Assembly: GCA_964016885.1 (NCBI GenBank)
Contig: OZ024740.1
Coordinates: 185,566,001 to 185,630,000 of the forward strand
Length of the DNA: 64,000 nucleotides
DNA from: Eledone cirrhosa
Taxonomy: Eukaryota
Direction of reading: 5' to 3'
A model generated the notes under the pieces. It ran no database searches. It was not told the DNA's origin and saw only the letters and a list, made by a program, of their open reading frames with translations. Below, in pieces: positions 14,597-28,867 of this stretch (positions are counted from its first letter, which is position 1; every line of letters starts with the position of its first letter). The position numbers were made by a program, and so were the translations under genes.

Positions 14597-14783
14597 AGAA
14601 ATGTTATTTAGCACAATAATGTACCAAATCGTTTCATGTTACCAATGGACGTAACAGTGCTATAATATAATTACTACTCAATATAATTTCCAAACAGTAC
14701 CGACAAGAGTTTTGTTACAAACTTAGGAAATCATCCTGAATAATACTGTTAGGTTAATGTGTAATCGCTGTTGTCAACTACAA

Positions 14784-14847
<64 letters not shown>

Positions 14848-14894
14848 TATGTATATATATATATATATACACATATATATATACACACACACAC

Positions 14895-14941
<47 letters not shown>

Positions 14942-15028
14942 TAAGTATGCAAATTAGGCTGCCCAGCCGTTAATATCCATAAGGAAAGTATACACTTTCA
15001 GACGTTCAATCATCTGGCAGGAAGGTAT

Positions 15029-15071
15029 ACGTTGCTGACGATAGCTAATAAGCTTGAAACTAGTACATCGT
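15029..15071 (+). ncRNA. Type I minimal hammerhead ribozyme (copy 1)
   Basis: acgttg-CTGACGA-t-agct-aata-agct-t-GAAA-ctag-TA-catcgt. Core intact, palindromic stem III ACUAGU, GUA site after 15065, one U.U mismatch in stem I. Confidence 0.78.
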
Positions 15072-15457
15072 TCCTTGTCAGTGTTGAACAAATGAGCAAC
15101 GATGGTTGCTAGACACTGTACGGCTTAATTCGGGATGTTTGATTACAAACACACCGAGCATTATAATAAATATTCGGTGAATCCATACGTACATATATAT
15201 ATGTGTGCATGTATGTATATATATATACATACTACTGTACGTCTGTATACATATATGTATGTACGTATACATACGTATATTTAAGTAACAGCTGTACCAA
15301 GAGTGAGAAATGAAATTTCGTTTCATTTGTTCCGTTTATCGTTTTCGGTGCGCCCGGCCGATTAACTCACTCAATATGCAAATGATGCTGCTCAGTCGTT
15401 AATATGCATAAGGAAAGTATATACTTTCAGACGTTCAATCATCTGGCAGGAAGGTAT

Positions 15458-15500
15458 ACGTTGCTGACGATAGCTAATAAGCTTGAAACTAGTACAGCGT
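15458..15500 (+). ncRNA. Type I minimal hammerhead ribozyme (copy 2)
   Basis: acgttg-CTGACGA-t-agct-aata-agct-t-GAAA-ctag-TA-cagcgt. 6-bp stem I (one G-U), GUA site after 15494. Confidence 0.85.
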
Positions 15501-15754
15501 TCCTTTGTCAGTGTTGAACAAACGAGCAGCGATGGTTGCTGGACACTACGGCTTAATTCGGGATGTTTGTTTACAAACACACCGAGCATTATAATAAATG
15601 TTCGTTGAATCCATACGTACATATATATATGTGTGCATGTATATATATACATACTACTGTACGTCTATATACATATATGTATGTACCTATACATACTTAT
15701 ATGTAAGTAACAGCTGTACTAAGAGTGAGAAATGAAATTTCGTTTCATTTTTCC

Positions 15755-15790
<36 letters not shown>

Positions 15791-15794
<4 letters not shown>

Positions 15795-15977
15795 TTATTT
15801 CTATACACAACAAAGGTGAACTATAACGCACCAGAGTACTCAATGACTACGGTAGTAGAGTGGGTAATAGGAAAAGAGTCAGGACTCCGACGGCTGAGCT
15901 CCGGCCGTTTCAATAGGTGGATTCGAGTTCCGATCTGCATGCCGAATAGGCCAGATCTCAACCGTTGAGATCCTGAC

Positions 15978-15981
<4 letters not shown>
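15791..15981 (-). mobile_element. Short (TA)n-nested element with 3' half of a hammerhead
   Basis: Minus strand 15911-15885 reads GAAA-cggc-cggagctca-gccg-TC-ggag. Inverted repeat gagtcagga/tcctgactc (15876, 15971). Related sequence at 63958-64000. Confidence 0.6.
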
Positions 15982-16020
<39 letters not shown>

Positions 16021-17128
16021 TGATTGGACACTTTCTTGTTCATAATTGTTTTTTAGGCCTCATATCATGTTACCTTATTTTATCTGATGCGAACGCAACT
16101 ATCCCCCCAGGATGTTATTTGTTTTTGAAATGCGCATAATAAAATATATAGAACTTTTTTAACCATCTTTTAATTTCTTCTTCTTATATATATATGTATA
16201 TATATATATATGGAGACGAGTACTGTTTAAGCTGAAACCTGTTTCCGAGGAAAGCGTGCTCGAAAAAGGAACAACATGGTGGTAACACAGGAGGAGAGGA
16301 TATATATATATTTGTGTGTGTATATATGTATATATATATATAGTCAATTACATTTAATATTTTACATATAGGTTATTGTAAGTTTCTTATACGAGAACTA
16401 CTAAATGAATAGAGAATTATGTATATTTACTATCCATCTTGCTAACGCTACTTGCACACACGAGTATGGCTATTAAAGGATGTGACTGATAACAGCATGT
16501 GTATGTATACGGGAATCTCGTGACTGGTGATTCTCATCGATTTGTGCGAGGTTATCTTATTGATTCTACAATGCTTCAGATGTCATTGCTTGGAATGATA
16601 TTCAGTAACATTCAATAACTAGCCTGGTTTTCTGTGTAGGCAGCGAATAAACATGCCTACATCTCCAACAAACCTTGTCTTCTATTCACAAAAATCCTTA
16701 CGAATGCTTAATTCAATAAAATAGAATTCAGAAAAATTGTGAAAATGTCCATTGTATCTGAATACTAGAAATTGATATTTACTGAGTTTATACTTATTAC
16801 CACTTTCTGGAAATTCAAAGATTTTCCAATAGACATGGAATAGGGATTGGTTATATTCAAATATTTGTAGTATCTACTACAGACACTTTCTTTGGATTTT
16901 AGTATTTCTTTAACAATACAGCTGTTGTGAATTATGTGACCGGAGAGAAGAGTGGCACACAGAAGTAATGTATGTATGGTTCGGTAATTCTCGAGGATGT
17001 TGTAGGGCGCCTTATTGGCATATGGCACAGCCCATCTCTTCTTCATGTCGTAATACAGCAGATTTCATCCAGTGAACGATAGAGATAATGAGAGAATATG
17101 AGTGAGAAAGATATATAGAGGAGGAATC

Positions 17129-17279
17129 GTACCTAGTACTAGACTGGTACATTTTATGGACTTTGAATGGATGAAAGGCAAAGTTGACCTCGGCAGGATT
17201 TGAACTCACAGAGCAGCGAGCCGAAGGAAACACCACAAGCATTCTATACGACGGTCTAACGACTCTGCCAATTTGCCAC
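17129..17279 (-). mobile_element. Diverged SINE copy
   Basis: gatgaaaggcaaagttgacctcggcaggatttgaactc...ctctgccaatttgcc is the reverse complement of the SINE head and core. Confidence 0.8.
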
Positions 17280-17853
17280 TCGCGACGTAATCATCCGTTT
17301 AATTAATCCTTCCTCATTTACTTTCCTGTTTAAAATAAATTGCATCCGTATTTGAATATTACAATGCAAAAGCACAGTATTTTGGTAATGTCACATTTTC
17401 AATAAATCTATGATTTTAAGAACAGGGAGTAATGAATTGACGATGTCATTTTTATATCCACATATAACCTTTGTGTAATAATTTAACATATATGTCTTCT
17501 ACAATATTAAATGTTGCATAGAATATATATATCAGAAATCTGTGGAAATATATGCTTTATTTGAAACCGTGAAAACCAATTTGAAATTCTTGAAAACGGT
17601 TTTAGAAAGTATATTATCAAATGTTGTCAGTTCCAAAAGTATCTTATAGCAGTGATTTGCTTTACTGATAAACATTTTGAACGTATGCGGAGAAAATGTT
17701 AACTTTAGAATTGGTGAAGTCTAAATTACTTGTCCTGTTAGGATGATATATAAATGAATTGCAATAATTTTGAATAATGTATTTTGAAACGTTATACATG
17801 TTACAATAGACTTACTATTTAATTTATCCAATAATTTATTTTATTCCTATAAC

Positions 17854-17923
17854 CTCTACTTTTTCTACATTTCAGGTAAGATGCAATTTATGAGTTGGGA
17901 AATGTACATTTAATCTTGTAAGT
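17854..17923 (+). other. Candidate 3' splice site / recursive splice site with 42-nt exon
   Basis: Polypyrimidine tract ctctactttttctacatttcAG is followed directly by GTAAGA (17876); a second donor GTAAGT is at 17918. Confidence 0.4.
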
Positions 17924-19435
17924 AATTATTTATTTATAATTGAATTTTGAAACATGTTTATATATTTCGTTTGTAACATGTTCAAAATGTACCTTTAATA
18001 GGTTACATATTCATAAACAGAGTATCATAAATGTTAAATCAATCTTGATGACAAGATTTGCTCCAGTAGGTCATTGACGACAGTACGTAAATTATATCAG
18101 CGCCAGCTGTGATAGTCAAAGAGCTTCAAAAGTCGCAACTTCAAAAGTCGCAATATGTATCTATGTCTTATACAGTATTTAATCATTTCCATTTCTAGCA
18201 AGATCGACATCTAACTAGAATGATATAACATTAATAGACTTTTACTCACTACGATGCATGCCTTCAGACATAGTGTATGTTTATTTAAATGTATACACTA
18301 TAGTTAATTAAATATATTGTAGGACAGATTAGAAAACGATTTACAAGAAAATGTTGAGATTACCATACTTAAATATGAACGATGTTACAAACACCTCAAT
18401 GTTGCAGTATCCAAAGAAGAGCGTAAAATACCACCTAAATGTATTAATCAAAGATTAATATATTGTTATACTGCAGATTATGTTCGAAGAGATGCGATGT
18501 ATTTCGGGGCAGAATATCCTACCTGGATACGCTTATGTGCCATTAAATTAACTTGTATCTAAGTTGTTAAAAACTGAAAGGAAATAAGGGTTACATAACA
18601 ATGATAAATTCTGGATATTCCAATTCCATTTCCACAATATTACTAATTTATTTATTAGATAAGAAACAATAGGATTTTCAAAAGGAACATTACTCTAATA
18701 CGGAATAACTACCTAATCTAAGACTGGAAAAGCAATACCCAAGAAATTTTGTGTTAATTATCTCTTATTCCACTACGTGCTGAAACTAAAACGTAGGTAA
18801 CCAATAGTATATTATATTTCTTAATTATACATGCGGAAATAAATGAAAGATGATGTAAGATGAGTAATGTTCTACCTAAGACACTAATCGAGTTTCGAAA
18901 ACAGGTGTCATTATATTATATTTGATTTTTACTAAAGTGAATATAAATATTTGTTCGATCTGCTTATATCTCTTGTGTATGAAAGAAGGAAAGTTGAAAA
19001 TTGTTTTCTTTCCGGGTGTAGGAAATACTGCACCAGAAATTGTGTATATATATAGAAGATGGAGACAAAATTAGACGAGTGGTCACTTGTACAGCTATTA
19101 CGTCTTTGGTTTCAAATATACATCAGAATTACGAACACACTTTTTTTTTGCCTGTTTAATATACAAATATATAAATGTAGACAAATCGTCAGTGGTAATA
19201 TTTTATTGTGAAATTTAAAAGGATATCCCATATAATTTGTTCCTCAAAGACATGGTTTACAGGGTTTTAATTAAATAAACCTTCTGTTACGTTTTATCAT
19301 TATGGTCCATAAACCTCAATACAAATGACATCTGGCATCAATAACATATTAATCAAAAGAATACAAACTAACACACACGCACACACACAGGTACATACAC
19401 GCATATATATATATACTACTTCCCAGTCAAGTGTT

Positions 19436-20140
19436 TATTCATATTTGGGCAACAGATGATACTCAGATGGGGTCAAATCAGAGGAATATGGAGAGTGATC
19501 AACCAGTTTCAAGCTACAGATACACACAGTAGCCATTGAAACCAAGGACTTGCGTTCTGGAGCATCGGCCTGGTGAAGCATGACCCCCTTTCGTCAATTT
19601 CTCTACGCATTTCGTCTTGATAGCCTTTCTTAACTGCCCCAGCAAGTAGGTATAGTACTCTCCATTGATCGTTTGGCCCTTGTGAAAATAGTCAATAATC
19701 AATGCCTTTGCTTTTTGCATCTCTGCAGATGAAACGACCGCGTTCTCCTCCGAGCAGGTCAGAAGGTGTTTCCACTGCATGGAGTGTATCATTGTCTCTG
19801 GCTGAACCCTCATTCGGGTTAGAAAACGCTCAAGGTACCCAGCGATATCTGCCTCAAAGAATATCAGATTTTCCCATGATGGGAAGAGGTGTCTGATGCC
19901 GGGTAACCCACCAAGCAGAAGCCTTCGTCTTGCCAAGTTCATTGTGCAGAATTTTCTCAACTCGCTCTCAAGGAATATGCTAATAGTATTGGCTAATTGA
20001 TTTATAGTCAATCATCTGTCATCCATCAATTGTCATCTATGAATTTTTTTCTCGGTGGTGGCAGTTGAAGGACGTCAGGACCCTGGATAATTTTCAAGAG
20101 TCTCCCTTCCCCTTCTAAATTCAGCTGTCCACTGTTAATA
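19436..20140 (-). pseudogene. Mariner (Tc1/mariner, DD34D-type) transposase relic
   Basis: Minus-strand motifs in several frames: WTAEFRRGRETLENYPGS*RPSTAT (HTH region), IIDYFHKGQTINGEYYTYLLGQLRKAIK, and DHSPYSSDLTPSEYHLLP (the YSPDLAPSD motif). Frameshifted, with stops. Confidence 0.9.
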
Positions 20141-20163
20141 AGCTGACGCCTCTTCTCCACATG

Positions 20164-20194
<31 letters not shown>

Positions 20195-23100
20195 TTGTAT
20201 GTGTGTCTGTTTTTGGTTGTGTGTGTGTGTATGTGTGTCTGTGTGTGTCTGTGTGTGTATATATATATATATAAAGAATCGTTAGAGTGTACTGTAGCGT
20301 GATGACTTAAGTCCGCTATATGTTACTGTCAATCATATTTTTGTCATTTATACTTTAGTTATAGCCTCACTCACAATAATCTTTTAAAATGTTCTTTCAG
20401 AACCATAACTATCGTTTTGTGTTATAATGGTGGTTCGCTCTAACAAGTGCTCACCATACATGTTGCGTGTCGTAATTTAACTATCAAAACACGATTTTAA
20501 AGTAATATAATTAAAGTGTATATAGTAAAATTCTAGAATAATACTTCAACATTAGAAAATCCTATATATTCTATAGTTGTAACACATGAGAAATCTATAA
20601 ATATAACAGATTATACTGTTATCGGCTTTTTTCGGGCATGGTAGTTCAGAGATGCATCTTTATTCACTGAATCTACTTTCTGCACGTACATCAGAAAATG
20701 TGCATTCTGTAACGGTCATAAATGTATTTATAAGCATGCATACGCATACAATATATACATATGCATGCGTGCGCGCGTGTGTTGCTGTTTAGAATTGTGC
20801 AAATACATTCACACATGTTTTTGCCAGTCAAGAATACAATAGGATTTAATGTGAATGTATCGTGTCTGTCTTGGTCAATATATTTATAAACTATTGTATC
20901 ATTCTGTATGGCAACAAACATCATGTCTAGGTAGAAGAGAGAAGTCTATAGGGAATGATTAATCACTGAATACATATCATACTCCCCGCAGAATCTACGC
21001 GTTATGTTTCGTGCATGCTGTAGTCACTCTTTTTTATATTTTGTTAACATCGATATATCGCATGTCAACGGTTGTAAAATATGCAAATGTTCAGTTAAAA
21101 AAATGTTACGTCACTGTGAAAAGGATATTTCCCCCACCATTGAATTCTTTACTATTGAAATAAAAAGCAATTCCGTGAAGCGATAGCCACAATAACAACT
21201 AATATACACGGATATGTTAATTTTAGCAATTCGGAGCTTTCAAGCTATCCTAAGAATATGTTCAGGATATTGTATAGCTTTGGTTTGGTTTTAGACAAAA
21301 AGGTAATCGTACAATTGTCACAATTTAGCTGATTCTTCCAAAGGGCATCATCAATCATTGATTTAAATTATCTCTTATACTTCCTTATTTCATCTGTTTT
21401 ATATTGAAATCAATATCAAAACTAAAGCGTGGTGTTTGCGTGCAACATTCATTAGAATCTCAAAAACTGACCGTCTTGAAAACTACTGTTTATATCAATT
21501 AAAAACATTACAGAAAGTTTAAAAAAAGAGCTGAATGTATAACATATGGTGATGGGTATGAGCAATATATGTTCATAATTTTCTTTTTCTTGGAGAGATG
21601 CATCAACAGTGAGATTTCATAATTATTATATTATATCCGATGACAATATTCAGTTAAATAAAATATATATACCGCATAAGTCATCGTGTCAGGAGGTCGG
21701 TTTTGCATTTGAATAATATTATTGACTTTTCCTCAAATGACAATCTTTAATAAATCAATATAACTTTCCAAAGTCATCATAGCTTTTAGCAATTGGTACA
21801 TTTCTAGTGAACCATCTCTGTCGCAAGTATTTATTGTAATCAATTCCTTTGTATATGTCGTTAACAGTATTATGCAAGGACTATATATAAACGCCTCCCA
21901 ATCGGCTTCCCACTTCCTCAAAATCCTGGTTTGTCAAGTCTAGTATATAATTAAATGAAACCCATGCAATTAACTGTCTTATAATATTAAATAATATTAA
22001 ACTTTTATTATGAAACCTGTAAATACTTTCTAGATCAATGGAGCTTCAATACACATACATGAGATGAAACCATTTAAATATCAACTCTATTTTATACAGC
22101 TTGTATTAGATCTGTTAGAGGTTATGTCTGAAATTTGAAGATTTGCTATAAAAGTCGATAGGTCGCATGAATTAACTTATGTTTTGTGCAATCCATATTA
22201 AGGGATCTTTGCAATGACTTTTATGTGTATGTATAACAGACATTTTCTGGAGAGTTTTCCTGGATGCATTGATAATAAAGAGGAAGTGAGGGATGTTCTA
22301 GTGCTTTGTTCCCTGTCTTTATACGGATCTGTAACGAAGTGAAGCCTTTGAATGATTGTTGAATTTGACTTCAAATCGATGAGTTAGAAATTCTCTACTA
22401 ATTGGTGAATTCCTAGGAAATTATTTTGTTCATTCAGATATGCCATGAGTCGAGGTTTTATGACATAGGGTGAATGCCATGAAAATAGCATGTATTCATA
22501 GAAATGTATTTAACGTAGATAGTGTGTCCACCACCTAGGCTACGAAGTCACCAATATGCTCCGATCTGCATTATATACGATGACCTAACAACAGCACTAT
22601 CTCTGGACCGTGAAGACCATAGACATATTTCCCTTCTCCAGACAAAACCTATGACAAACGAAAAAAGAGAGAATTACTTTGGATCGATTGTTGTCACTTA
22701 GAATACCATTTCATCTCTTGATCGGGAATAGTATTCTATGGTTGTTAGTGTATACGATTTTAAACGACCGAATCGTAATTGCTAACTAGGGATGAAATAT
22801 ATGTTTAGTTTGATGAGCGAGTTCTTTCTCGTTGAAGTTTTATCCGTAAAATTTTATATTAAAACAAACAGCATATAATGAGAAAACAAAATTGAATAGT
22901 CAGAATCAACGCAATTAGTGAGCATGCTGTGCTGCTTTATTTTTAATTATACTTAGAGGTAGCTATCATCAAGACGCTATCATCAATCATGATTGATCTT
23001 TTATATTTTCGAAACTTTCAATACTGAATTTTAAGTAATTATAACCTGAAAGCCTAAACATTCCAAAATCACACAAGATACCTAACATAATGTTACAATA

Positions 23101-24267
23101 CGTTGATAATATTTGAATCAACATAATTTTTTTATTTATTTAAAGCGACAGTCTTTACAACATGATTTTTGAATGTACAATGCAATTTTAACTTAATTAG
23201 TAGCTTTATAATAAATATTTTCTAAATCTGTCTAATTATGTATCAATTATCATCTGAAGAGAAAGCATTGAATTATAATACTTTGAAAATTAAAGACTTC
23301 TAAGCATGAAATAATCTTGAAAATGCAACACTGCATTAGTCCTTCAAAATAAAATGGTTTTCGCCACATAAATGTTGAAGATTATATTATTGACTGACTC
23401 AACTTGAGTTTATGAATACACCAACATAATTTCTTGTAAAGAAAACAATCATTGAAAATTAAATAGGCAAAATGAAACGAAGTGAATTACATTAATATAT
23501 TTAATTTTCATCAACACAGACTAAACAATAATTCAGTAGATTTCACATTTCAATTATTTTGACTCCTCATACAGTCTTCCACACATCCAATCCGTTTCTT
23601 TTGAAAGAGGTCTAAAACATTAGTCAGCGTTTAATGCTAAATAAAGGGTGTAAGTTCGAATTCAGTTAATGTTTCAGGTTCTATATTGTATTCAAGGAGA
23701 GGTGCTTCATTCCCTTGATCCAGAGTGCTAATGTAAACTGTATAGAGTGAAGGTAAAAAATGAATAAAAGTTGAGTTTCATTTAAATTCGTATAATTTCA
23801 ATATTACTTGACGTTTCAGTTTGTATAACCCTATGCCTCATTTATTTTCATAAAGGCTTATAACATAGAAATATAGTATTAATATCTTTAAATGAGTTTT
23901 AGCATTGCTTCACGGTTTACATATTGTGAAATGGAACATAACTCCTGTTGAATGCTATCTACCTCTCTATTCTATTGAGCATCGTGAAATGTGAATAGAG
24001 TATATACAACAACACAGCTCAATACTACAGGGATATTTGTCCATTATCACCTTTTAATTGGAGCAGCAATACGTATTTATAGAAGATCAACTTACCAATC
24101 TGCTCTAAGTAGCATCATTATAATGAGGCTAAATATATGATACAGAATATATTATAAATATCTACTTATACATTTATCTATACACACACGAGGACACACA
24201 CACACTCACACACAGACACACACTCACACGCATACACGCATATGCATGGATGTGTATGCTCTCTCAT

Positions 24268-24301
<34 letters not shown>

Positions 24302-24342
24302 ATGAAACCGTCTTTCTTGTTTATTATAATAAATCTCCAGAT

Positions 24343-24582
<240 letters not shown>

Positions 24583-24719
24583 TAGAGAGTGAGGTTTTTT
24601 TTACAAAATGAAAAATAACCGCGGTGTCCTACACGAGTGGAAGTATAAAGAAAAAGGGATGAAATCGAAAATGCAACTGAAGTCTTATTTTTTTTTTAAA
24701 TATATATATTTATTTGGTT

Positions 24720-24757
24720 CCTTTACCGGTTTCGCAGTTCTTCTGCTTTTCAAAAGG
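24720..24757 (-). ncRNA. Type I minimal hammerhead ribozyme, U3-A8 variant
   Basis: Minus strand: cctt-TTGAAAA-gcag-aagaa-ctgc-GAAA-ccgg-TA-aagg. Confidence 0.85.
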
Positions 24758-24832
24758 TGAGTTGAGATGGAGTGTCTGTTGTTTTTCTCACACCAGATGT
24801 GAGAAAAACAACAGACACTCCATCTCAACTCA

Positions 24833-24870
24833 CCTTTTGAAAAGCAGAAGAACTGCGAAACCGGTAAAGG
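24833..24870 (+). ncRNA. Type I minimal hammerhead ribozyme, U3-A8 variant
   Basis: cctt-TTGAAAA-gcag-aagaa-ctgc-GAAA-ccgg-TA-aagg. Stems I and II 4 bp perfect, palindromic stem III ACCGGU, GUA site after 24866, AATAAA at 24876. Confidence 0.85.
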
Positions 24871-24942
24871 AACCAAATAAATATATATATTTAAAAGAAA
24901 AATAAGACTTCAGTTGCATTTTCGATTTCATCCCTTTTTCTT

Positions 24943-25659
<717 letters not shown>

Positions 25660-25661
25660 AT

Positions 25662-26733
25662 GAGAAAACTCGTCGTTAAAACAGCTGTTAAATCAGCCAA
25701 ATGCTGTCAATCACAGCGATGGACAAAATGCCTCAAAGGACAGAAACCATCGGCGAGCGATCGGCAGAGAGACAATCCATGAGGTGGATGACGTGTGAAT
25801 GAAGTATAGAAAGAGCAGGAAGGACTAGGATTAGTGTGTTAACGCATTATCCCACCAGAAAGATTTATATTTTTTTCTTTTAGACGGTCCAGTATTTTAA
25901 AATGGTACAGTCAATAAAATTCTGCGAATATATTTTGCTGGTTTGAGAGGTGATGGGGGTGAAGATGTGTGTGTGACCATGTCTTGTACATCGCATTTAT
26001 TTATTGCCTTTTCCCAGTCACGTAAGTGCGCCAACACACGTCTCCATGTTCGCCTCGTTGATTGTCGCTCTGCCAACCACGCTGTCCTCTGAGTCATCTT
26101 TTCCCATCGCTGTAATTCACTGCTTTTAGAGTTTTAACAGCTATTTTAGCGATCAGTGTTCTCATTTTTCTATGAATTTAAATATACCCTCACTTCGTCT
26201 ATATCCGAGACGACAATATTTATACATTTATCTTTGTCATAGCTATGATTACCTTCCTATTTAGGACAGACAAAATAGCTTGAGATCCACTATCCGGTTC
26301 TTTTCTTTTCTTTGACATGCTTTGTCATTTTATCTGCTCTGTTATTTATGTTATCTCACATACATCATACCGACAGAAAGATTTAGTTTAAAAGGGTATT
26401 CGTAATTAAAACGTGCAAAACTATTTTACAGGTTTGAGACTCATGAAGCAGAAGATTGCCGAGTACACCGCCTCTCTTAATTTCATTCTTCCAATCATCT
26501 ATACGCGCCAACACGCTACTCCCTGTCTTCCTCTTTTCTCACACTTTTCTCTATTTCATTTACCTATCACCTATTTCATGCATTGGCTCTCTGCCGACCA
26601 ATGGCCGCTGGTCTCTGTCCACTGAGCCATTTTCCCATCGCTGTAACTGACAGTATTTTACAGTTTTAAAAGCTGTTTTAGCGACGAGATTTCTAAGTTT
26701 TCTATGAATTCAAATATACTCTCACTTCGTCTC
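25662..26733. repeat. Three diverged copies of a ~130-170 bp repeat, first copy inverted
   Basis: 26050-26200 and 26575-26733 share ctctgcc...tttcccatcgctgtaa...ttttagcga...ttctatgaatt-aaatata...ctcacttcgtct. 25662-25785 is the reverse complement (tcgtcgttaaaacagc...cacagcgatgg...ggcagaga). Confidence 0.7.
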
Positions 26734-26758
26734 CATGAGAAAAAATATTATTTATTCA

Positions 26759-26860
<102 letters not shown>

Positions 26861-27829
26861 GGGGGAGGGGGAGAAATAGAGAGGGGGAGATAACGTATGT
26901 CTATATACATAATGTATGAGTATACATTTATATATAAACATATAATGTATGTATATATATATATATATATATGAATATATATGTATACGTATATATATAT
27001 ATGTATATATATGTGTGTTTGTGGGTGTATGTGTGTGTGTGTGTGCATGTGTGTGTGTGCGTGTGCGTGTGTGTGTGTATCTGCGAGCGCGCGCGCGTGC
27101 GATAGAATAGAGATTTGCCGCCTTCACTTTTCCAATTATACATAGATATACAATAAATTGTTTCTCGAAAATGTCTGCTAATGAAGTCACACCTTTTATT
27201 ATAGCATACCATGCTATGGTTTATGGGTTCACATTTTCCCATTTGTATTTTAAAATCAATCGAACAGGTACTAGTCTATTATTAAATTTATCTTTGAAAC
27301 TTATTAAACTGCATTTTGTAAAAGTTGAAATATATTTGTAACATTAATTTGATTTTACATATCATATTCACTATAACCGACGCCGGATTATATTTCGAAG
27401 TTAAGGCGTAACTATGTTCTTCGGTTGCAGGCAATAACATGTTTTTAAAACAGCTTGTATTCACTAAGAATTTTTATTAGATAGCAAACGTCTGATATGT
27501 ATCATGGAAGACTCGGAAGAAATATTAATTTTTTTCAGAACTTTGCTCTTACTTCGTGTAAAATTCTTAGTAAATTATATCTAATTAGCTGGATATCAGA
27601 ATCCACGTAAGTGAGGTAGTATATAGAAAAGAGGGCGTGACCGTAATAATACTTATTCAGTTTTGCCTCTTCGCATTTTCAGTCATCTACTTGCAGTGTT
27701 CCATGTTGTCCATCATAAAACACACACTCTCACACACACACACACACACAAACATACACACGCAAATACACGGACACACACACACGCACACACACACACA
27801 CAAACACACACACACAAACACACACACAT

Positions 27830-27878
<49 letters not shown>

Positions 27879-28004
27879 ATTCCGGGTTGAATCGGAGGTA
27901 ACCACAGTAAGTAAGGTACTCAATATATTGCAGAGTGTAAAAGTTTTAACAGTTCTAGTCCTGTAGAATCTCATCTATATATATATATATATACGATATT
28001 AATA

Positions 28005-28036
<32 letters not shown>

Positions 28037-28351
28037 ATTAGGAGAATTATATTCACAAAACCAAACTAGTGTAATGTAATTGGAACATAGCGGAACATAG
28101 AAAAAATATAGATTTAAGACACATGGCAATTCTATTGGTGATAGATACATAAAAAACGGTTTTACCTTAAATCATTTAATCAATTAAGATGGTTTTGTTG
28201 TGTGCATATTAAACTGCACTTATATGAAAGTCCAGCGATCCTAATGGATTTCCCCTTTTTCCAATATAGAATGAGTGTGATTAATAAATATTTAACACAA
28301 TGGGATTTATACTTAATTTGTCTTCTCTAAAACACTGTGCAATTCATAAAC

Positions 28352-28427
<76 letters not shown>

Positions 28428-28432
28428 ATATA

Positions 28433-28796
28433 TCTATTATATAAATGTGAAATGGGCGAAAATGTTCTGATATAGGCAAAAGGGAAGTACCAATGCTCTG
28501 ATTGTCATGAAAATTTACACGTTCATGTAAAATGTGCCGAGAAAGCAACAGGTATACTTGGGGTTGTTCTCTAAATTGAAAAATGTGGTCTCTAGAGCCA
28601 AAAAACGGTCTTTTTCTATCGATTTTACCTTCCTATAGTTTCTTAGCTTTACTCCCTCTCTCTACAATTGATCATTCCCCCTCTCTATATTTTACTGATT
28701 TAGTCTCTCTGTCGCTCTTCACTCCCTATATGACAACGCTGCAGAGAGAGATAGGCCGTTAGACAGAGAGAGATACAATTAAAGTGTTAGATATTC

Positions 28797-28867
<71 letters not shown>

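Larger units (their letters stand above)
14947..15760 (+). mobile_element. Tandem 429-bp hammerhead-bearing repeat (PLE pLTR / retrozyme-like) inserted in (TA)n
   Basis: Unit 1 is 14947-15375 and unit 2 is 15376-15760, highly similar. Each has one hammerhead motif followed by AATAAA; TA tracts flank both sides. Confidence 0.8.
24583..24946. mobile_element. Foldback element (149-bp inverted arms, 5-nt loop) nested in (TA)n; PLE pLTR-like
   Basis: 24644-24792 is the reverse complement of 24798-24946 with one mismatch; loop ccaga. Each arm carries a hammerhead and AATAAA. Confidence 0.85.

Noticed and set aside
24685-24905. Near-identical 63-aa ORFs on both strands
   Set aside because: Trivial consequence of the palindrome.
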